This document shows, one piece after another, positions 38,200 to 45,483 of a stretch of 45,483 bases of DNA. Source of the DNA: Elsinoe ampelina (lineage: Eukaryota). The DNA lies in NCBI GenBank assembly GCA_010093995.1, contig ML992511.1, forward strand, positions 62,849 through 108,331. The letters run 5' to 3'. Every line of letters begins with the position of its first letter. The stretch's first letter is position 1. The notes under the pieces are model-generated. The model made no database searches. It saw only the letters and a program-made list of their open reading frames with translations, and was not told the DNA's origin. The translations under genes and the position numbers were made by a program.

Positions 38200-40102
38200 A
38201 CGTTACTCCTCTACAATTAATACACCTCTATAAGTAACTAACACCTCCTTATTTTTTTCGCGTGTACTTTGTAATTATCTTTCCTTTTTACATAATAAAC
38301 ATTATAATCTAAATTGTTTTATTATATATATAGAAGCTAACGTCGCTGCCGCCCTAGACGGCTATCGACATAAGCAATTTAACTCTCTAAACGCTGCTAC
38401 TAACGTGTTTAAAATCTTACGTGCTATACTTCAAAAACAATATTACAGCCAATAATTATGTTATTTACGAAACGAAGGACGTCAATTACTATCTTCTACC
38501 GAAGAACAAGCTCTTATAGCTTATATCCTTTAGCTCGATAGCCTTAGAACACCTGCTACGCCGCGGTTTATTCGTAATCTCGTAACTAAGATAATTCGTC
38601 GCTAGTTATGTCTATCTAACAATAATCTCCCCTCGTCTCTAACGTAGCTAATTGGCAAGAACTGGCTTTCTCGACTATATAAACGTTATCCGGTGCTAAA
38701 TTCACTTCGGACTCGGCAATTAGAATCGTTACGCTATAAAGCTAGAACGTATAAGGCTATTGCGCTGTTCTTCGACGCATTATCCGGCTTATTTAAACAA
38801 TATAACTATCTACCTTCGGACGTCTATAACCTCGACGAGGTAGGCGCTAGTGTCGGTTTAACTTAATCGACATAAGTAGTTGTTAATTTAGAGAATACCT
38901 ATCGTCGAAAGAAGGCTAGGAAACGCGTTGTTAGCCGACAAGAGTAGATATCAATTCTAGAGTGTGTATAAGCCTCCGGAGACGCGCTACCCCCCCTTAT
39001 TATCTATAAGGCTAAAAACCTTCGAATAAACTAGATTCCGGACCCGTAGCCGGCTAGATAGCGATTTTTAACATCGAATAAAGGCTAGACAAGTAACGCA
39101 CACAGTTTTAAGTAGTTGTCGACAGTGTTTAAGCCCGAAACACGTAATGTCGACAGCCGTCGACGCCTCCTTATTCTAGACGGCTATAGCTCGCACGTTA
39201 TAGCCGCATTTGCCCTCTTCTGTTTCGAGCATAATATCGACCTTGTTATGTTCCCTCCTTACGCATCACACATCCTCTAGCTGCTTAACGTAGCTTGTTT
39301 TTCACCGTTAAAGACGGCTCTTACGAGGGAGATCGATAATCTAATACGTCTCGATCTAGGCCGAATACACCGTGTATAGTAGGCCGAATCCTACGCGCGC
39401 GCACAAGAGTGTGCTCTAACCGCAAGGAATATCAAATCTGGTTTCGAACACTCCGGCATCTATCCGATAAGCCCTATTATAGTGCTTGCCAATTTGCCAC
39501 ACGAATCACGTAACAAATCGCCTAATCGGGCAATTACTCTAACACAGAGTAGCTAATCCGGCTAAAACGTCTTACAGTTAGGGTCGCCACAATCCGGCGC
39601 AAGTTTACGTACGGCCAACCGTAGTCTTAACGCGCGGATTGCTGTCGTCGACGTCGAAACACTAGTTAAGCAATATATCTCGAAAATGACGTCATAATTT
39701 GAATCGGCAACGGCGGCCTTATCGTTATTACGACGTAAAGTTAAAGAGCAGCGTTAAGCTCTAGAGACACGTAAGCGTCGTAAAAGTGGTAAGCGCGTCG
39801 CTGTCGAAGGCCGGTTTATCTTTAGTAAGCAAGAGACAATTAATATCCTTCGTAAGGCCGAAGAAGAGACAAAGAAGAAGAAGAGGAAGAAGCGTAAGAA
39901 AGCGCCTACGCCGACACCTACACCGGAGGAATCAGAAGAGGAACAGCCATCAGATCGACTATCTGATTTAGAAGACGAACTAGCTTGATTTGATAGAGCA
40001 ATTACATGATTTACCTCGTTGATGCCTTTTTGTGTAAGTCACTTGTAGGGGTGCGTCGATTGTGGGGGAGTGTTAACGTTACCGTTTGTGGGGGAGTCAC
40101 GT
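38200..40102 (+). mobile_element. Pogo P7 (type D TIR); transposase pseudogene 38324-39988
   Basis: TIRs ACGT(T/G)ACTCC..ACAA; NLDEVG and LDGxSSH motifs; several RIP stops. Confidence 0.92.
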
Positions 40103-40104
40103 TA

Positions 40105-40505
40105 TATTACAAAAATGACGTCACAATTTGAATTATCGACGGCGGCCCTAGCACTACTACAACGGGAAGTTGAACAACAGCGGTAGCTTCTAGAGACGCG
40201 TAAGCGTAAGAAAAGTAGTAAGCGCGTCGCTATCGAAGGCCGGTTTATCTTTAGTAAGTAAGAAACAATTAATATCCTTTATAAGGCCGAAGAAGAGACA
40301 AAGAAGAAGAAGAGGAAGAAGCGTAAAAAAGCACCTACGCCGACACCTACACTAGAGGAATCAGAAGAGGAAGAGCTAATACCTACGGAGTCTGATTCTA
40401 GAGACGAACTAGCTTAATTCGATAGAGCAATTACATGATTTACCTCGTTAATGCCTTTTTATGTAAGTCGCTCGTAGACGTACGTCGGTTGTAGACGCGC
40501 GACGT
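40105..40505 (+). mobile_element. Pogo type A 3' end with TIR (probable 3' end of P1); right border of the AT-rich nest
   Basis: Ends ...GTAGACGCGCGACGT|TA, then unique GC-balanced DNA. Confidence 0.88.
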
Positions 40506-41981
40506 TACTACATCATCTAGCCACTCTTGTGCCAGACTAAAAGTCGTAGCAAAACCGAGCCACACCCTGTCTCTCCAAACCCCCGTCACGACCTATTTCG
40601 TTCGAACCATGGCTTTCCCTCTCTTTCATGGTTCGACCTTCAGGTCATCGAGGCACTGACACTCCACTGTTCACCTTCAGAGCACAATAGCTATCACTCC
40701 TATGTCTCTCGCTCCGTCGAAGCAGGGCTTTCGTAAGTTAACTTAGTGCCAATCAGCTCGAAGTCGAGAAGGAAACAAAACGGAACGGAACGGAATCAGT
40801 CACACACAAGGTCCGTTCCATTTTGAACCATTGTTGAGATGCATTGAAGTCTCCCGCTTGGCGGAGTCTTCCACTTGGCCAGGATCTTCATTTCGCTGCC
40901 CACAGGATGCTTCCTTGCTGTTTTTGCCCCAGCAAACTCTGATGCGCTAGCACAAATCTTGAGTGCAGCGACTAAAGAGCAACTTATCGTGCCAGACGCG
41001 CCATTTAGCTCGGACGAAGCCTTGTAATGTTGTCCATTCATTGTCTGTAGCGCTTTGTTCCGCATCCTCCGGTGGTCCAGATGTGCAAGTCAACCTTTCG
41101 AAGGCTCCGGGCGCACACTGACGAGCTTTGCGAAGATCTGTCTTGCAGTTAGACGCCAAGACTCATCAAAGATCTTCATAAAGGCGTAACACTTCCTGCA
41201 CGGTGAATGTAATTGTCTGACGAGGGTCTGAGACGGCAACGTCTTCGTTGTTGACCTCGACACTTGCGCTTCTCGCAATGACCACGACGTGAAAGGCATC
41301 TTGATCAGGAAGCCCGCAATTTTTCAAAACCTCGAGCTACTAAGGCAGAGTATGTCTCTTGGCAGTCCGTTATCATGCAGATATGCAGACTGGATCCCGG
41401 ATCCGAGAATCGACTGATGGTCTTTTCTAGTCACTGGGGTATCAAGCCAGGTTCTGGTCAATCTTAGTGCTCCGTCTTCGTGGTCCCTCGGCTGACTGTT
41501 TTGGGCATCGCATCACCTTGGCCTTCTTTTCATGTGCCAACTTAAGTTAGAGGCTCCAGTATCTATCTACTTCAGACTAGCCGAGTTGACCATCTTGATT
41601 GTAATGTCACGAGACACCGACGTCGTTTCTAGGTCTGTCATCTGCTGGCATTTGATGGTCATCTCTTTGCCTGCCAGGGAATTATGACAATAGCGAGCAT
41701 AGCATCATCAAGCAATCTCGCGACGTGACGATGAATGGAGAAGACAGCCTGCGCTCTTGATGTTGGACGTAACTTAAGAGACTGACCGAAAGACCTCCAG
41801 TCATGTCGCGTGTGGCTATGCTGGTGCTTTGCTAGAGACGCCAAAGTTGCCAGGGTCGTCGTTGAAGATGACTTCTTTGTGCTGTGCCGAGTGTCGCGAT
41901 CGACCGGAATGAGAGAAGGGCGTCGTCGGAATGCTCCGTGTGAGTTTCTGCCGGAAGAAAGATGTTATAGTGGCATGTGTA

Positions 41982-43846
41982 ACGTCGCGCGTCTACAATC
42001 GACGCACGTCCACGAGCGACTTACACAAAAAGGTATCAACGAGGTAAATCATGTAATTGCTCTATTAAATTAAGCTAGTTTGTCTCTAGAATCAGACTCC
42101 GCAGGCATTGGCTCTTCCTCTTCTGATTCCTCTAGTATAGGTGTCGGCGTAGGTGCTTTTTTACGCTTCTTCCTCTTCTTCTTCTTTGTCTCTTCTTCGG
42201 CCTTACGAAGGATATTAATTGTTTCTTGCTCACTAAAGACGAACCGGCCTTCGACAGCGACGCGCTTACTACTTTTCTTACGCTTACGCGTCTCTAGAAG
42301 CTGCCGCTATTGTTTAACTTCCCGTTGTAGTAGTGCTAAGGCCGCCGTCGACGATTCAAATTGTGACGTCATTTTCGTGATATATCGCTTAACTGGTGTT
42401 TCGACGTCGACGACGGCCATGCGCGCGTTAAGACTACAGTTGGCCGTACGTAAACTTGCGCCGGATTGTGGCGACCCTAACCGCAAGACGTTTTGGCCGG
42501 ATTAGCCAGTTTGTGTCGGTGTAGCTGGTCGATCACGTGATTCGTGTGGCAAATTGGCAAGCACTGTAATAGGGCTTATCGGATAGATACTAGAGTGTTC
42601 AAAGCCAGCTTTGATGTTCTTTTCTGTTAGAGCACGGATTCTGGCGTTTACGTAGGACTTAGTCCACTATGCGCGGTGTATCCGGCCTGGATCGAGACGT
42701 ATCAGATTGTTGATCTCCCTCGTAAGAGCTGTCTTTAACGGTGAAAAACAGGCTACGTCAAGCAGTTAGAGGATGTGCGATGCGTAAGGAGGGAACACAA
42801 CAAGGTCGATATTGTGCTTGAAACAGAAGAAGGCGAACGCGGCCGTAACGTGCGAGCTGTGGCCGTCTAGAACAAGGAGGCGTCGACAGCTATCGACGTT
42901 ACGTGTTTCGGGCTTAAATACTGTCGATAACCACTTAAAACCGTGCGCGTCACTTGTCCAGCCTTTATTCGACGTTAAGAATCGCCATCCAGCCGGCCAC
43001 GGATCCGGAATCTAGTTTGTTTAAAGGTTTTTAGCCTTGTAGATGACAAGGGGGGGGAGCGCATTTCTAGAGGCTCGTACACATTCTAGAATTAATATCC
43101 ACTCTTGTCGGCCAACGACGCGCTTTCTGACCTTCTTCTGGCGTTGGTTATTTTCGGCACTAACGACTACCTGTGTCGATTATGTTAAACCGACACTAGC
43201 GCCTACCTCGTCGAGGTTATAGACGTCTAAAGGTGGATAGTTGTGTTGTTCGAACAGGTCGGATAACGCGTCAAAGAACGGCGTAATAGCCTTATACGTT
43301 CCAGCTTTATAGCGTAAAGACTCTAGCTGCCGTGACTAAGCTATCTTAATCTACGGATGACGTTTATATAGTTGTCGTATCCATGTTCGACTAATCGGCC
43401 GCGATAGAGACGGGGGAAGTTAGTTGTCTGTTTGACACGTTCGACGTCGAACTATCTCGTAAACAAGCTCACGGATAAAGTAAGGCGTTGCAGGTGTTCT
43501 AAGGCTATCGAGCTAAAGGATGTAGGCTACGAGTGTCTGTTCTTCGGCCGGAGATAGTAATTGGCGTCCTTCGTTGCGTGTACGTCGTGATTGTCGGCTG
43601 TGGTATCGATGTCGAAGTGTCGCACGTGGGATTTTAAACGCGTCGGCAGCAGCGTTTAGAGAGATAAATCGCTCGTGTCGATAGCCGTCTAGGGCGGCAG
43701 CGACGTCGGCTTCAGTGTACATGATAAAACAATTTAGATTATGATGTTTGTCACGTAGAAAGGAAGGATAGTCACGAAGTACACGCGTCAAAAAAAACGA
43801 GGTGTGAGTCGCTCGTGGACGTGCGTCGATTGTGGACGCGCGACGT
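41982..43846 (-). mobile_element. Full-length Fot1/pogo DNA transposon P9 (type A, 1865 bp), lightly RIP-mutated
   Basis: ~45-bp TIRs ACGTCGCGCGTC(C/T)ACAATCGACGCACGTCCACGAGCGACT(C/T)ACAC, TA on both sides. Confidence 0.97.
42070..43722 (-). pseudogene. P9 transposase (HTH_psq, CENP-B-type HTH, DDE_1), ~550 codons with RIP stops
   Basis: MYTEADVAAALDGY...AADAFKIPRATLRHRY; NLDEVG; LVLDGHSSH; first stop at 43513. Confidence 0.93.
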
Positions 43847-44039
43847 TAACTTAGTGGCTGGACGTCGTGATATCTCGAGAGCGACCAGACTCCTTCATGA
43901 CTTGACTTAAATCACGTTGAGTCAAGTGCGGCGTTTTTATAAGTTAAGAAGTCAAGCATGGAACGGGGCTGACGTCAAATCAAGCAGGAGGAGCCTCCAT
44001 TGACCTATCCTGTAAGGCCGAGAAGGAAGCAATTCAATA

Positions 44040-45093
44040 ACGTTATCCACCGGGAGTTCGCGCACCCCTGAAGTTCGCGCACGTAAAATAGCATCAACAA
44101 GGTAACTTCTTCAATTGCTCTATCAAATTAAGCTAATTCGTCACCAGAATTAGACTCTATAGGCTCTGGCTCGTCTTCTTCCTCTTCCTCGGGTGTATCT
44201 TCCGGCGTAAGCGATTTCTTACGCTTTTTTTGCTTCTTCTTCTTTATTGCTTCTTTAGCTTTACGAAGGATATTAATCGTTTCTTGCTTACTAAAGACGA
44301 AACGGCCTTCGACAGCGACGCGCTTGCCACTTTTCTTATACTTATGCGTCTCGAGAAGCTATCGCTATTGTTTAATTTCGCGCCGTAATAACGTAAGAGC
44401 CGTAGTTGTCGATTCTAAACGTAACGTCATTCTTGAGATATATCGCTTAACTGGCGATTCGATATCTGCGACGGCTATGCGCGCGTTGAGATTACGGTTG
44501 ACCAGATGCAATAGTGCGCCGGATTGTGGCTCTAACCGTAAGACGTTTTCGTCAGATAGGACCTGTTCTGCCGGAGTAACTGATCAATTACGTAATTCGT
44601 GTAGCAAATTAGCAAGCACTATAATAGGGCTTATCGGATAGATACCGGAGTGTTCGAAACTAGATTTGATATTCCTTGCAGTTAGAGCGCATGTCCTTAC
44701 GTACGTGTAGGATTCGGCCTACTATACACGGTATATTTGGCCAGAATCGAGACGTTAGAGGTTATCGATCTCTATTGTAAGAGCCGTCTTTAACAGTGAA
44801 AAACATACGACGTTAAGCAGCTAGAGGATGTGCAATGCGTAAGGGAGAAACATAACAAGGTCGATGTTGTGCTCGAAACAGAAGAAGGTAAATGCGGCTA
44901 TAACGTGTGAGCTGTGGCCGTCTAGAACAAGGAGGCGTCGACGGCCGTCAATGTTACGTGTTTCAGGCTCAAAGATAGTTGTAAGCCACTCGTAACTATG
45001 CGCGTCGCTCGTCCAGCCTTTATTCGATGTTGAGAAACGCCATCCAGCCGGCCACGGATCTGGAATCCACCGTGTTGTAAGGTATTTAGCCTT
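44040..45093 (-). mobile_element. Pogo P10 (type B TIR), 3' portion only; 5' half missing
   Basis: TA|ACGTTATCCACCGGGAGTTCGCGCAC TIR; DDE region to ~45093, then abrupt switch to unique DNA. Confidence 0.92.
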
Positions 45094-45219
45094 AACTGTG
45101 CAATATGCAGGTCAGTAGCTTTGATATCACAGCATTCTACAGAAGCCCCACGGGTTCACCACTCGCCGCTCATCTGGCACTAAGGAAGACGCGACGCAAA
45201 GCTTAAATTTATCCCAATT

Positions 45220-45399
45220 TTATGCACGTAAAGTATCAAGACAGGCCGCGGAGACATTGCCGCCAGTAATGATGACCCCTATGTTCATGGGTCGACCCTC
45301 GAAAGACCCGCGCAGATGCTGATGCAAATGTTTGTTGAAGAGAAGAGCGGCCACTGGGACCGCTGAGCTTGGCTCGATCAGCATGCCTGTCGACTTGTA
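45220..45399 (-). pseudogene. C-terminus of a PLP-dependent serine racemase/threonine dehydratase-family (PALP) gene, interrupted by a pogo insertion
   Basis: YKSTGMLIEPSSAVPVAALLF...NIGVIITGGNVS matches the EPxxAxxxAA...GVIxSGGN signature of fold-type II PLP enzymes. Confidence 0.85.
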
Positions 45400-45483
45400 A
45401 CGTGACCCACCCACGAGTCGCGCACCCCCACAAGTCGCGCACGTAAAAAGGCACTTTTGAACAAGAATAGTCAATTACTCTAT
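45400..45483 (-). mobile_element. Pogo P11 3' TIR (type F); runs off the window
   Basis: TA|ACGTGACCCACCCACGAGTCGCGCACCCCCACAAGTCGCGCACG, then a 3' tail similar to that of P2 (34600-34650). Confidence 0.88.

Noticed and set aside
40602..40795. 10-bp hairpin TCGAACCATG/CATGGTTCGA and (CGGAA)3
   Set aside because: Too short to distinguish from chance; no tRNA-like fold or associated gene.
40527..41979. Short overlapping ORFs in the unique GC-balanced interval, considered as a possible effector next to an AT-rich block
   Set aside because: No signal peptide, known motif or convincing exon structure seen. A decayed or spliced gene cannot be excluded without BLASTx or RNA-seq.
39786..44641. ORF-track entries 39786-39971, 42080-42505, 42812-43015, 44324-44641 and the 3' part of 41810-42073
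   Set aside because: Alternative-frame or antisense shadows of pogo transposase or TIR sequence. Entry 43513-43791 is only the RIP-truncated transposase N-terminus.
45400..45474. N-terminal part of the 84-aa ORF 45220-45474 with a CxxC-like segment
   Set aside because: It is pogo TIR sequence read in frame by chance, not part of the PLP enzyme.

Overview
Filamentous-ascomycete (RIP-competent fungal) DNA. Bases 1-40505 are an AT-rich, RIP-degraded transposon nest that can be peeled apart by LTRs, TIRs and target-site duplications. An outer Fot1/pogo-type DNA transposon (remnants 23477-23560, 34690-35109, 40105-40505) carries a minus-strand Ty1/Copia element, which is interrupted by three different chromodomain Ty3/Gypsy elements (1-6557, 7034-14955, 15191-21881). 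The nest also holds further pogo copies, three ~730-bp MITEs and a second complete Copia (24981-30226). Bases 40506-45483 are GC-balanced, with lightly mutated pogo copies and the 3' end of a serine racemase/threonine dehydratase-like PLP enzyme gene cut by a pogo insertion. No intact protein-coding gene was found. Main observation: all three Gypsy families carry antisense accessory genes between the chromodomain and the 3' LTR. After manual reversal of RIP these read as Zn2Cys6-like Cys-cluster proteins, three of the four with spliceosomal introns, and one element has two in tandem. All de-RIP translations were done by eye and are inferences.
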